Below, in pieces: positions 8,636 through 17,577 of a DNA stretch of 64,000 nucleotides. The stretch covers positions 47,525 to 111,524 of the forward strand of contig MHMM01000004.1 in assembly GCA_001821555.1 (NCBI GenBank), in the 5' to 3' direction. The first letter of the stretch is position 1, and each line of letters starts with the position of its first letter. This DNA comes from Candidatus Nealsonbacteria bacterium RIFOXYB1_FULL_40_15 (GTDB lineage: Bacteria; Patescibacteriota; Minisyncoccia; Minisyncoccales; GWA2-38-27). Made by a program: the position numbers and the translations under genes. The notes beneath the pieces are model-generated. The model did not search any database, was not told the origin of the DNA, and saw only the letters and a program-made list of their open reading frames with translations.

Positions 8636-9139
8636 GTGGGGGCAACCATGAAAAAGATTGTGTTCTTTCTTACTCCTCTTCTTCTCGTGTCATCAGGAGA
8701 AATGAAGGATAGGAAGAACACGGAGGTTCTTATTATCCACCACTCCGACACAGAAGAAGGAAATGTGGAGGCATTCAGGCGCTTTCATAAAGATGAATAT
8801 GGATGGCCGGATGTCGGCTATCACTTTGTAGTCACCAATGGCAAGGGAGGAGAGGACGGCCAAATACAAATAGGCCGCTCTCTTGAAAAAATAGGGGCTC
8901 ATGCTAAAGCTAGAGGCAGGAATTCAAATTCAGTCGGAATCTGCCTTGTCGGCGAAAATCAGTTTACAGAGAAGCAGATCCAAAACTGCTTCATACTCGT
9001 GGCTTTTCTATGCCACAAGTATGGGTTTGAGCCTTCCGAGAAAACGGTTCAGAGGCACCACGAAAAGTGCCCCGGACCAGGCCTGGATTTACAATACATA
9101 ATTGAAAACGCCAAATGGTACAAGGAGGAGTATTTCTAG
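8636..9139 (+). CDS. N-acetylmuramoyl-L-alanine amidase (amidase_2/PGRP-type), secreted
   Basis: Signal-peptide-like N-terminus, then IIHHSDTEEGNVEAFRRFHKDEYGWPDVGYHFVV...RGRNSNSVGICLVGEN...QRHHEKCPGPG, which carries the zinc-amidase_2 residues. An alternative start lies at 8648. Confidence 0.75.
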   Translation: MGATMKKIVFFLTPLLLVSSGEMKDRKNTEVLIIHHSDTEEGNVEAFRRFHKDEYGWPDVGYHFVVTNGKGGEDGQIQIGRSLEKIGAHAKARGRNSNSVGICLVGENQFTEKQIQNCFILVAFLCHKYGFEPSEKTVQRHHEKCPGPGLDLQYIIENAKWYKEEYF

Positions 9140-9184
9140 CAGGATGCTGCCCCCGAGACAAGGACGTCTCGGGGACTTTTTTAT

Positions 9185-10813
9185 TTAATAGTCAGGAGGA
9201 ATTGAATAATAATCTATGATATATTTTGCCATTTCCTTAAAGACAGGAGCTGCAGAATATTCAGCCGTGCTGGTTTCGGGATTATCAAGTTTTACAAGCA
9301 TTAATATTTTCGGATCAAAAGCAGGAAAAAAACCTATAAAACTCTGCCATGTTTTATCAGAATATCCTTTTTTATCTACCCCCAACGCACTCCAAGGAAC
9401 CTGTGCAGTTCCTGTTTTGCCAGCAATGTAATAGCCGTCTATTTTAACTGATTTTGAAAAGCCGTTCTCTACTACGCTCACCATCATTGCTGATACCTTT
9501 GAGGCCGTACCGGGAGAAATTATCTGGCCTGAAATTTCGGGCTTTATTTCTTCTTCTCCTACTTTCCAGGCAACATAGGGTCTCGCAGTTTTTCCTTCGT
9601 TAGCGATTGCAGAAAAAGCTCTTACCAGTTGAATTGGGGTTATTTCTATGCCCTGGCCAAATGATGCTGTGGCAAAATCAATATCTGATCCTGTTCTTAA
9701 CTTCTTGTTTTCAGAATAAGATTCTCCCTGAAGATCTATTCCTGTTTTTTCAAAAAATCCAAATCTGGAAAGATAATCAAAAAAAGAATCGTGGCCTGTT
9801 TGTCTTTCAGCAAAAACAGCTCCTGTGTTTATAGACATTTCTAAGACTTCGGTCATAGTCCTTTCCCCGAAAACCCTCTTGCCAAAATTTTCTATAGTCC
9901 TGTCCCCTATCTTTACAAAGCCCGGGTCGTTGAATTTTGTTTCTGGAGAAATACTCCCCGAATCTATGGCAGAGGCCAGAGTCAGGGGTTTCATTGTGGA
10001 TCCCGGTTCATAAAGCTTTTGGACCGAGCTATTTTGAAAATCTTCAAGCTTTTCTACTTTTCCATAATAGTTGGCGTCAAAAGCGGGGAATTCGGCCATT
10101 GCCAGCACTTTCCCGGTGGAAGGCTCAATAATTATAATTTGTCCGCCCTCTGAAGACAGATTCTCCTGTGATTTTTTGAGAAGAAGCTCTGCCATATACT
10201 GAATGTTGTAGTCTATTGTAAGATATATGTCTTTTCCGTCAGCCCAGGATGAGTTTTTAAAAAATCCTTTAACTTCCTCCTTTCCTTGCAGATCTTTATC
10301 ATAAAATCCCTCTATTCCATACTGCCCAGATTCTTCGCCCCCAACAAACCCTATAACCTTGGAAGCAATGCTCCCCAAAGGATATCCTCTAAGAAGATTA
10401 TCCGTTATATGGATTCCATCTAAACCCATTTCCTTTATTTTTCTCTCCTGTTCTTCTGACATGCTGTTTGATATTTTCTCAATCAAAGTATCCCTGCTGA
10501 TTTTTTCTAAAATAGATTCTTTGTCCTGGCCCAAGATAAAAGAAATGCTTTCGGAAACGGAGTCTTTGTTTTTAATATCTTGCGGGTAAATAAAAATCTG
10601 CTTTGTCTTCACATTTATTCCGGCCATCTGCCCCCCCGAAAAGAAAATCCGCCCCCTCTCCCCTTTTACCGGCTTATAAAGTCCTTGCTGGCCCTGGGCT
10701 AGAGCCCTGTAAAGATCATGATGAACTATTTGAAGATAAGCCAAGCGGTATATTATTACCGCTCCTATAAGAAGAAGAAAGAGAAAAACAATGTTAATTT
10801 TCCAGTTCCTCAT
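9185..10813 (-). CDS. ftsI: Peptidoglycan D,D-transpeptidase FtsI / PBP2 family
   Basis: 542 aa with an N-terminal TM, a PBP dimerisation region and transpeptidase motifs STMK (SxxK), SIN and KTGTAQV. It follows ftsL in the dcw cluster. Confidence 0.85.
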   Translation of the reverse strand: MRNWKINIVFLFLLLIGAVIIYRLAYLQIVHHDLYRALAQGQQGLYKPVKGERGRIFFSGGQMAGINVKTKQIFIYPQDIKNKDSVSESISFILGQDKESILEKISRDTLIEKISNSMSEEQERKIKEMGLDGIHITDNLLRGYPLGSIASKVIGFVGGEESGQYGIEGFYDKDLQGKEEVKGFFKNSSWADGKDIYLTIDYNIQYMAELLLKKSQENLSSEGGQIIIIEPSTGKVLAMAEFPAFDANYYGKVEKLEDFQNSSVQKLYEPGSTMKPLTLASAIDSGSISPETKFNDPGFVKIGDRTIENFGKRVFGERTMTEVLEMSINTGAVFAERQTGHDSFFDYLSRFGFFEKTGIDLQGESYSENKKLRTGSDIDFATASFGQGIEITPIQLVRAFSAIANEGKTARPYVAWKVGEEEIKPEISGQIISPGTASKVSAMMVSVVENGFSKSVKIDGYYIAGKTGTAQVPWSALGVDKKGYSDKTWQSFIGFFPAFDPKILMLVKLDNPETSTAEYSAAPVFKEMAKYIIDYYSIPPDY

Positions 10814-11126
10814 CAGACACGTAATTGATCACAACCCTGCTATCCATTACCCTTATATACTCCACTTGTTTTACTTTTTGAAATCCCATCCTGCCCGCCT
10901 GCTCTATGGCTTTGTCCAAAGAATAGGCCTGCCCGGAAGCAAGCTCAAGTTCTTTGTTCTCCTTTGACAGTTTTGATATTTTTTTAGAACAATCTTCTGC
11001 TGAAAATCTAGCCGATGTTTCTTCGTTAATCTGGAGGATATAAAGAAAAGCAAGGGCAAAGAATATGATTACGGAAAAAACCCAAAAACCCTTGGATAGA
11101 AATGGATTTTTAGGCATTTTTTTCAT
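10794..11126 (-). CDS. ftsL: Cell division protein FtsL-like (small bitopic coiled-coil protein)
   Basis: 110 aa with an N-terminal TM and a coiled-coil. It sits between rsmH and ftsI and overlaps ftsI by 20 nt. Confidence 0.55.
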   Translation of the reverse strand: MKKMPKNPFLSKGFWVFSVIIFFALAFLYILQINEETSARFSAEDCSKKISKLSKENKELELASGQAYSLDKAIEQAGRMGFQKVKQVEYIRVMDSRVVINYVSDEELEN

Positions 11127-11965
11127 AATTTTATTCCTACTCTTAATTTTGCGCTTTTAGCGCGCCTGTTTTCTTTTAATTCTTCTTCAGAGGATGTAAC
11201 TGGTTTTTTGGTTAAGACTCTGAAATTATTTTTAAAGAAATTCTTTACTATTCTATCTTCTAGAGAATGAAAGGAAATTACTACCAGTCTTCCGTTTTTA
11301 TCCAGTATCTCCCCTGCTTGCTCAAGCCCCTTCTTTAAATTATTTAATTCGTCGTTTACTGCGATCCTCAAGGATTGAAATGTTCTTTTCGCAACATGCT
11401 GTTCTCTAAATTTATAACTCTTGGGAAAAGATCTTTTTACTGTTTCGGCCAATTCTAGCGTGTCTCTAATGGGCCTTGATTCCACTATCTTTCTGGCTAT
11501 TCTCCCGGAGAATCTTTCTTCTCCGTATTCTTTTAAAATCTCTGCTATCTCTTTTTCATTCCAATAATTTACTATTTCGTGCGCGGTTAGCTCCGAATTT
11601 TGGCTAAACCTCATATCTAGGGGCTCTTTCCTCAAAAAACTGAATCCCCTGCCGGAACCCTCTAAATCCCATGAAGATATTCCAAGATCAAAGAGTATTC
11701 CGGACACATTTTTGAAATTATGCTTTTCAACGATCTTCTTTAAATTAGCGTATGAATCGTTTTCAAGAATCATCCTTTCAGAAGGCCTTATCTTCTCAAA
11801 AACTTCTCTGTCCCATTCTATTCCTAATAATTTCCCTTCAGGAGCCGTTTTCTCCAAGATTGCATTTGCGTGGCCAGAAAGTCCTATAGTGCAATCTATA
11901 AAATGCTGGCTCGGCTTAGGATCAAGATATTCCAATACTTCTTTTTTCATTACCGGAATGTGCAT
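11123..11965 (-). CDS. rsmH: 16S rRNA (cytosine1402-N4)-methyltransferase RsmH (MraW)
   Basis: 280 aa reading MHIPVMKKEVLEYL...FIDCTIGLSGHANAILEK, the SAM-methyltransferase fold typical of MraW. It lies directly downstream of mraZ. Confidence 0.9.
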   Translation of the reverse strand: MHIPVMKKEVLEYLDPKPSQHFIDCTIGLSGHANAILEKTAPEGKLLGIEWDREVFEKIRPSERMILENDSYANLKKIVEKHNFKNVSGILFDLGISSWDLEGSGRGFSFLRKEPLDMRFSQNSELTAHEIVNYWNEKEIAEILKEYGEERFSGRIARKIVESRPIRDTLELAETVKRSFPKSYKFREQHVAKRTFQSLRIAVNDELNNLKKGLEQAGEILDKNGRLVVISFHSLEDRIVKNFFKNNFRVLTKKPVTSSEEELKENRRAKSAKLRVGIKL

Positions 11966-12085
11966 GCCCTTAAACTTTCCAATAAATTACTTTGCGAGAC
12001 TTTTCGCAGGACGACGGTCCGAGGCAAAGCGATTCGCCAGCAGGCGAAGACACGCGTTGAGCAAAGTATTTTATTGGAAAGTTCA

Positions 12086-12517
12086 TCATATTCCTAGCTC
12101 GGGAAGGTTCTCTGCCAGCTTATCTATATTCTTTTCGTTTCCAGACTTATACCCCTGCCACTTTTCTGAATCCCATATTTCAAGCTTGTCTGACAGTCCG
12201 CAGACAACAATCTCTTTTTTAAGCCCTGCGTATTGCTTAAGATAATCAGGGATCAATACTCTTCCAAGCTTGTCCAATTCAACTTCAGCGGCTCCCCCCA
12301 ATATGAATCTTGAAAACATTCTTCCTTCTGCCCTGTTGCTTGAAATCTTTTTCATTTCTTCCATAACCTGCCCCCACTTACCCTTAGAATAAACAACAAG
12401 GCAGTTGTCAAAACCCCTCGTGACTATCACTTTTCCTCCTAATTCTTTTCTAAACTTGGCAGGAAGAGACAGTCTCTTCTTTTCGTCTATTGAATGGTTG
12501 TATTCTCCTATGAACAT
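12086..12517 (-). CDS. mraZ: Transcriptional regulator MraZ (start re-set to MFIGEY...)
   Basis: Two MraZ repeats, including MFIGEYNHSIDEKKRLSLPAKFRKEL...VVTRGFDNCLVVY. The ORF-track start at 12586 adds 23 non-conserved residues. Confidence 0.85.
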   Translation of the reverse strand: MFIGEYNHSIDEKKRLSLPAKFRKELGGKVIVTRGFDNCLVVYSKGKWGQVMEEMKKISSNRAEGRMFSRFILGGAAEVELDKLGRVLIPDYLKQYAGLKKEIVVCGLSDKLEIWDSEKWQGYKSGNEKNIDKLAENLPELGI

Positions 12518-12555
12518 TGAACTGATCGCTTTAGCGAGTGGTGAAATCCCGCCCT

Positions 12556-12804
12556 CTAAGCTATTCTTTTGCGCAATCCCCTCCATGCGCTTCCATAATA
12601 CTTTAACTTTTTCTCTCTATCTCTTGCTATTTTCTCCGAAGAATATGCTTCGTAATACAAGAGATTAACTTCATTATTCTTTTTGTGCTCGGCAATACGT
12701 CTCTTTAAATCTTTGGTATAACCAATATAGAATTCCTTGTTTCTTTCCAGCACATATACACAATACATAGAGCATAGAGGGCGGGATAACTCTTCGCTCA
12801 CCAT
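12556..12804 (-). CDS. Small GIY-YIG nuclease-superfamily protein
   Basis: The 82-aa ORF contains the GIY-YIG motif YCVYVLERNKEFYIGYTKDLKRRIAEHKKNN. It lies between the mraZ promoter/operator array and mraZ. Its start codon sits in the loop of a 10-bp hairpin, GGGATAACTC...GAGTTATCCC. Confidence 0.7.
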   Translation of the reverse strand: MVSEELSRPLCSMYCVYVLERNKEFYIGYTKDLKRRIAEHKKNNEVNLLYYEAYSSEKIARDREKKLKYYGSAWRGLRKRIA

Positions 12805-12840
12805 TGTTCGTTCGAGTTATCCCCCATTTACTATAGTTTT

Positions 12841-12965
12841 CCCACCTTTTTCCACAATTATCCACTACGTATCCTTTATACCCCACTTAAGCCCACCCGG
12901 TCAACCCTTGCTTTATCCACCCTTTTTCCACAACCAAAAAGCAGTCCAGATAAAGACTGCTTTTT
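12841..12965 (-). promoter_or_regulatory. dcw-cluster promoter (TTGACC-18-TATAAA) embedded in an array of seven GTGGR direct repeats at 10-11 bp spacing (putative MraZ operator), plus a terminator hairpin for the upstream gene
   Basis: Minus-sense -35 TTGACC (12899-12904) and -10 TATAAA (12875-12880). YCCAC (plus) / GTGGR (minus) repeats start at 12841, 12851, 12861, 12882, 12892, 12916 and 12927. The hairpin CAGTC-CAGATAAA-GACTG with flanking T/A runs (12939-12965) is a terminator for the ORF at 12979-13884. Confidence 0.5.
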
Positions 12966-12978
12966 ATAATCGCAGGAC

Positions 12979-13884
12979 TTAGTTTGCCCCCAATCCCATT
13001 AAGGGAAGAAGAATTTGCTGAATTTCCTCCTGCCCTAAGAATTCATCGGGACCTTTTATATCAAACTCCTTGCCAAAGTCCGTAAAATCAATGTTTATGG
13101 ACATCAAGGTGCCCTCTTCGGCCGTCTGGCTTATCCTAACCCCCCTCAAAAGATAATCTTTCTTTCCTATAAAAAGGTCCATGTCAAATTTGTTGGCTGC
13201 TTCTGTTAATTTTGAATAATCCACAGGAATCATGTAGGAGCTCTCAAACACATCCCTTATTTTCTCTGCTCTAATCCCTGTGATCAAATGATAAGCTGAA
13301 ACTCCGTCTATCTTTTCGTCTTTTAATTCTTTTTTGACATAGAAAATGTCTTTTTCTGAAAAGATGTCTTCCAGCCCGGCTTGGCCTGAGGATTCTCCCG
13401 CTTTTATCCACTTGCCTTCAATAACGCTTAAATCAACAGGAATCGGAAGGGGCGGAATGTTATTTATTTTTAAGAAAACCCCCTCTTTGGAAACTAGGTA
13501 GTTTCCGGAAAGAGATATGCTTATTCCTTTAAAACTGCCAGAAAAATCAAATTTTCCGTCAAATTCAGCCAATTCGGGATCTGAACCATCTATATCTCCT
13601 TCCACTAAAACAGAAAACGACTGGTCTTTTTGGGATGCATTTGCTTCTATCTTTACAGAAGAAGTTAAAACATTGTCCATTTCTTGATTCATTCTGGACA
13701 TTATTTCTTCAGGACTCGGCCTGAAAGGATTCCATAAAGGATCCCATATTCTTGAAGCCAAAGCGATTCCTCCTGCCAAAACAATTATAATAACGGCAAG
13801 AACCGCTGATTTTGCCCATAAAGGAAACTTTTTCTTAGGTGGAGGAAGCTGTGCCGGCTGGCTTGGGAAAATATTGTTTTCCAT
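12979..13884 (-). CDS. Hypothetical membrane-anchored protein (N-terminal TM, large extracytoplasmic domain)
   Basis: 301 aa with a Pro-rich N-terminus, a TM (SAVLAVIIIVLAGGIALA) and no recognisable domain. Confidence 0.45.
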   Translation of the reverse strand: MENNIFPSQPAQLPPPKKKFPLWAKSAVLAVIIIVLAGGIALASRIWDPLWNPFRPSPEEIMSRMNQEMDNVLTSSVKIEANASQKDQSFSVLVEGDIDGSDPELAEFDGKFDFSGSFKGISISLSGNYLVSKEGVFLKINNIPPLPIPVDLSVIEGKWIKAGESSGQAGLEDIFSEKDIFYVKKELKDEKIDGVSAYHLITGIRAEKIRDVFESSYMIPVDYSKLTEAANKFDMDLFIGKKDYLLRGVRISQTAEEGTLMSINIDFTDFGKEFDIKGPDEFLGQEEIQQILLPLMGLGAN

Positions 13885-13900
13885 AAATTAAATTTATTTA

Positions 13901-16447
13901 TTAATTTTTAATTATACTATTATTTACAATTAAATTGAAATCTTTCGGATTCATTTCTAATTTTGAGCCCCTTGAAAGATATCCTTTCAAAATGGCTTGG
14001 GCCAAAGGATTCTCTATTTTTTCCTGGACAACTCTTCTCATATGCCTGGCTCCAAAAACAGGATTATATCCTAATCTGGCTATTTCTTCTTTGAGTTCTT
14101 CTGTAATCACTATTTCAATTCCTTTGTTAAGCAGATTCTTTTTAAGCTTTCCGAGCATCAGCCCCGCTATGTCTTTTAGGTTTTCCTGGCTAAGGGGGGC
14201 AAAGACAACGAAAGCGTCAAACCTGTTCAGAAATTCCGGCCTGAATATCTTTTCCTGGAAAAGGAAATCAATCATCTTCTGCCTTATTCCCCCCCATTTC
14301 TCTTTTTCTTTTATTGATTTTAAGATAATTTCATATCCTGCGTTGCTGGTGGCGATAATTATGGTATTCCTAAAATCAACTTTCCTCCCCAGCCCATCTG
14401 TAATATGCCCTTCGTCAAAAACTTGTAAAAAGATATTGAGGATATTAGGATGAGACTTTTCTATCTCGTCCAAAAGAATCAATGAAAATGGCTTTTCTCT
14501 CACAGGACTTGTCAAAAGCCCCTGCTCCGAAGGAGATCCTATGAGTCTTGATATGTCTTTTGAATTTTGAAACTCTGACATATCAAGTCTAATCATATTG
14601 CTTTCGGACCCGAAGTATATTTCAGCTAAAGCTTTGGCGGTTTCTGTCTTGCCTACTCCCGTAGGACCTAAAAACAGGAATGCTCCCATAGGCCCCTGTC
14701 TTACTGTTATTTCAGCCCTCGCCCTCCTAAGAGCCGAAGAAACCTCCCTTACCGCTTCTTCTTGGTTTATAATCCTTTTGTGTATGAGATCTTCCAAGTT
14801 TATAAGAATGTCTTTTTCTTTTTGCTCTATTTCTCCGACAGGAATTTCTGATTTTTCAGAGACTATTCTTGAAACATGAGAAGGAAGAACTGCTTTCTCT
14901 TTCCTGCTTGCCACATAAACCACCGTTTCTCTCATAAGCTCTATAGCTTTTTCGGGAAATGAAAGAGAAGGAAAATATCTCTCCGAGAGAGAAACTGCTT
15001 CTCTTATTGAGGGATAGGGTATAAAAATATTATACTGCTGTTCTAGCAAAAGTGAAATATTTTGGAGAAGTGTAATTGTGTCTTTCCGTGATATTTCAGA
15101 AACTTCTACCTTTTCAAAAAGTGAAAGTATCCCGGGATTCTTTTCCATATTCCTATGAAGCCCCTCATAGTCTGCTATTGCTATAATCTTAAACCCCGAT
15201 AGCCTCAAATAAGGAGAAATCACTCCGGATATATCCATGATCCCAAGCCCCTGTTCTCTCCCGATATAGTCATGGATATTATCCAAAACCAAAATTATGT
15301 TTCCCGCGGTCAAAGATTCCTGGAATATCTTATCTAGTGCGACTTCCGTCTCCTCCACGGATTCTATCTGCGCTAAAAGAGAAGAAATATCCAACTCCAC
15401 CACTCTTTTGTAGTTTATTTCTTCCATGCTGCTGCCCAAAAGGCTTCTTTTGGCCAAATGGTAAACTATGCTTCTTCTTCCGGTGCCGGGATTTCCCACC
15501 AGCAACACATTATTATTCCCTTTTATAGAAAGTATTCTTTCAACCGAATTCAGCTCTTCTGAATGCCCCGCAAAATCTATGTTAGATTTCTTGATCTGCT
15601 CTGTTATATCTTCAGAATACCTGTCTAATGTAAGAGTAAATCCTGATGTCCAGTGTTTGGCCAAAGTTCCCCTCTTGGCAAGATTTTCATATTTCCAAAA
15701 AGATTTTCTTAATTTTTCCTTTTCTCTCAAACGCTCCATCCACAAAGATAAATCTTCAATATCTTCTGCTTTAAGATTATTCTGAATAAGCATCTCTTTA
15801 AATACTTTGTCTTCTTTGGCAAGACTGTAAAGGAGATCTCCAACATCACATTTTTCATGCCCGTGGATATGGGCCAGCTCCAAAGAATTCAAAATTGATT
15901 TTTTAAACTCCTCCGATTCTAGCGGCAAACCTTCTTTTATGACAGGGTAGCTCTTTGTTTCCCCCCTCACTGCATCCATAAATCCCTTATAATCCACCAG
16001 CAGTCTTGAAAAAAGAATTTTAAATTCCGGATTATTTTTTAAGATAAAATAAAGGATGTGAGTTGAGGTTATTTCTGGAGATCTGGCCGATTTCAAGGCA
16101 GAAAAAACAGCCCTGGCCGCCTCAAAACTAAAATAATCAGCTATATTGTAATGTTGTATATCTGACAGGGCTTCGTTTAGAGAACATGAAACCCGGGGAT
16201 TCTTTACTTTTTCTTCAAAGAAATAACTTTTTATAAGACAGATGAGATAAAAGGATAAAGAAATGAAAAGAATTCCCAAAATCTTCCTGTTCAAAGCATA
16301 CTCAAATCTTTGCAAAAAGAATCCGTATAGGAATAAGACAAACGACAAGGCCAGCAGAATCAGAAAGAGTTTTTTCAAAAAAAGAATTGCTCTGAAAATC
16401 TTTTCCATCCTTATGGCAAAATATATTCTGGAATTTTTAAAATTCAT
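13901..16447 (-). CDS. ClpC/ClpB-like Hsp100 AAA+ ATPase with N-terminal transmembrane segment and degenerate first nucleotide-binding domain
   Basis: Two TM helices precede Clp-N-like repeats. NBD1 has a Walker A of GNPGTGRRS (Lys replaced by Arg) and a Walker B of ILVLDNIHD (Glu replaced by Asn). NBD2 is canonical, with FLFLGPTGVGKTETAKALA and ILLDEIEKSHPNILNIFLQVFDEGHITD. The start is set at MNFKNS, which abuts the stop of the upstream small ORF. The track start is 16507. Confidence 0.75.
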   Translation of the reverse strand: MNFKNSRIYFAIRMEKIFRAILFLKKLFLILLALSFVLFLYGFFLQRFEYALNRKILGILFISLSFYLICLIKSYFFEEKVKNPRVSCSLNEALSDIQHYNIADYFSFEAARAVFSALKSARSPEITSTHILYFILKNNPEFKILFSRLLVDYKGFMDAVRGETKSYPVIKEGLPLESEEFKKSILNSLELAHIHGHEKCDVGDLLYSLAKEDKVFKEMLIQNNLKAEDIEDLSLWMERLREKEKLRKSFWKYENLAKRGTLAKHWTSGFTLTLDRYSEDITEQIKKSNIDFAGHSEELNSVERILSIKGNNNVLLVGNPGTGRRSIVYHLAKRSLLGSSMEEINYKRVVELDISSLLAQIESVEETEVALDKIFQESLTAGNIILVLDNIHDYIGREQGLGIMDISGVISPYLRLSGFKIIAIADYEGLHRNMEKNPGILSLFEKVEVSEISRKDTITLLQNISLLLEQQYNIFIPYPSIREAVSLSERYFPSLSFPEKAIELMRETVVYVASRKEKAVLPSHVSRIVSEKSEIPVGEIEQKEKDILINLEDLIHKRIINQEEAVREVSSALRRARAEITVRQGPMGAFLFLGPTGVGKTETAKALAEIYFGSESNMIRLDMSEFQNSKDISRLIGSPSEQGLLTSPVREKPFSLILLDEIEKSHPNILNIFLQVFDEGHITDGLGRKVDFRNTIIIATSNAGYEIILKSIKEKEKWGGIRQKMIDFLFQEKIFRPEFLNRFDAFVVFAPLSQENLKDIAGLMLGKLKKNLLNKGIEIVITEELKEEIARLGYNPVFGARHMRRVVQEKIENPLAQAILKGYLSRGSKLEMNPKDFNLIVNNSIIKN

Positions 16448-16821
16448 ATTAAAAGGCCGATGCCTAAAACTACTAGGATTATTATTAAAATGGGCAGTAG
16501 AATCCATAATGCAATAAGGATCACTCCTAAAAAAAAGATAAGAAGTTCTAATAATGATCCTGCGGCAATTGCTCCTATTCTTATAACCGCCCCTATGACC
16601 CTGGACATTACATTAAAAACTAGTGTCTCAAGATTTTCCCACACATTAAAAACGTTGCCATATCTGAAGCGATATTTTCGCCAAGGAGAAAAAAGAGTCC
16701 TCAAGAGAAAGGGCGCCGAAAAATAGTTAAGCCCGAACCAGAGAAAATTCTTCCAGACCGCGAAAAAACCCTTAAGCCGGTCTTTATAATACCAAGAAAA
16801 GAAATTTAACGACAAAGCCAT
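16444..16821 (-). CDS. Hypothetical small polytopic membrane protein
   Basis: 125 aa and highly hydrophobic. Its stop abuts the proposed Clp-like start. Confidence 0.3.
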   Translation of the reverse strand: MALSLNFFSWYYKDRLKGFFAVWKNFLWFGLNYFSAPFLLRTLFSPWRKYRFRYGNVFNVWENLETLVFNVMSRVIGAVIRIGAIAAGSLLELLIFFLGVILIALWILLPILIIILVVLGIGLLI

Positions 16822-16936
16822 TTATATATTATACTATATCCAAAGAGCATGTAAAATATTTGACTTTTTTTAATAAAAAGGTTAAATTATCCCCAGTACC
16901 TAAAAACAAGAAGAATCCAATTTGAGAGGAAAGGCC

Positions 16937-17560
16937 ATGAATACAAGACTAAGAGAATGGGCGCGAAAAAACGCAGCTAACGTTGTGACTGTGGCAGGAT
17001 TAATATCTGCCTCAATTTTCTTGGCGCTCGCTCTTATCCAGCCGAATGAGCATCAAAAACAGCTATTTTGGGCAACAGTTGCCGCAGTTTCTGATTTTTG
17101 CGACGGGAGAATCGCAAGAAAATTCAATGCAGTGAGTGTTTTCGGCTCCTACATGGATCGGATTAAGGATCACCTTCTCATTTTCCCGGGAATTGTCATC
17201 CTCTTATTTTTCCATTGGGATAAAGTCTGGGTGCCGGAAATTCTTATCGGTTTCGTCGCTACTCTGATATTCTTTGAAATCAAAATAGCGCGGGTAGGAC
17301 TGATAGGATACCGGTGGTATATAAGAGGAAAAAAGATCGGAGAAAAGCTTCAGCCGGATAATGCCGGAAAGAAGAAGATCTTTACCGGATACATGGTCGT
17401 CCTTTTGTGGTTGATTTCTTTGAGCTTTCCGAAAATAGCTCCTTTCTTCTGGGCTATTATATATTTCGGATTGTCTCTGATGGCTTACTGGTCGCATATA
17501 AGCATATCAGAGTACTCTGAAAGAGAAAGAAATACTAGACTGAACACTGCCCCGCATTAA
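16937..17560 (+). CDS. CDP-alcohol phosphatidyltransferase family protein (PgsA-like)
   Basis: The family signature DFCDGRIARKFNAVSVFGSYMDRIKDHLL (D-G-x2-A-R-x8-G-x3-D-x3-D) is present, with multiple TM helices. Confidence 0.8.
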   Translation: MNTRLREWARKNAANVVTVAGLISASIFLALALIQPNEHQKQLFWATVAAVSDFCDGRIARKFNAVSVFGSYMDRIKDHLLIFPGIVILLFFHWDKVWVPEILIGFVATLIFFEIKIARVGLIGYRWYIRGKKIGEKLQPDNAGKKKIFTGYMVVLLWLISLSFPKIAPFFWAIIYFGLSLMAYWSHISISEYSERERNTRLNTAPH

Positions 17561-17577
17561 AAACGGGGCTTTCTTTT
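17549..17577 (+). terminator. Rho-independent terminator between convergent genes
   Basis: GCCCCG-CATTAAAAA-CGGGGC followed by TTTCTTTT. The pgsA-like stop codon lies in the loop. Confidence 0.6.

Noticed and set aside
8139-8751. ORFs 8139-8480 (113 aa), 8236-8577 and 8398-8751
   Set aside because: They run through tRNA-Glu, the repeat hairpins and the promoter. Only the SD-preceded 61-aa internal frame (8139-8324) was kept as a low-confidence candidate.
12841-12965. Chromosomal origin (oriC) interpretation of the TTATCCAC-like boxes
   Set aside because: The boxes sit inside a promoter with strict 10-bp phased GTGGR repeats directly upstream of mraZ, which better fits an MraZ operator. There is no dnaA/dnaN context and no obvious AT-rich 13-mer unwinding element.
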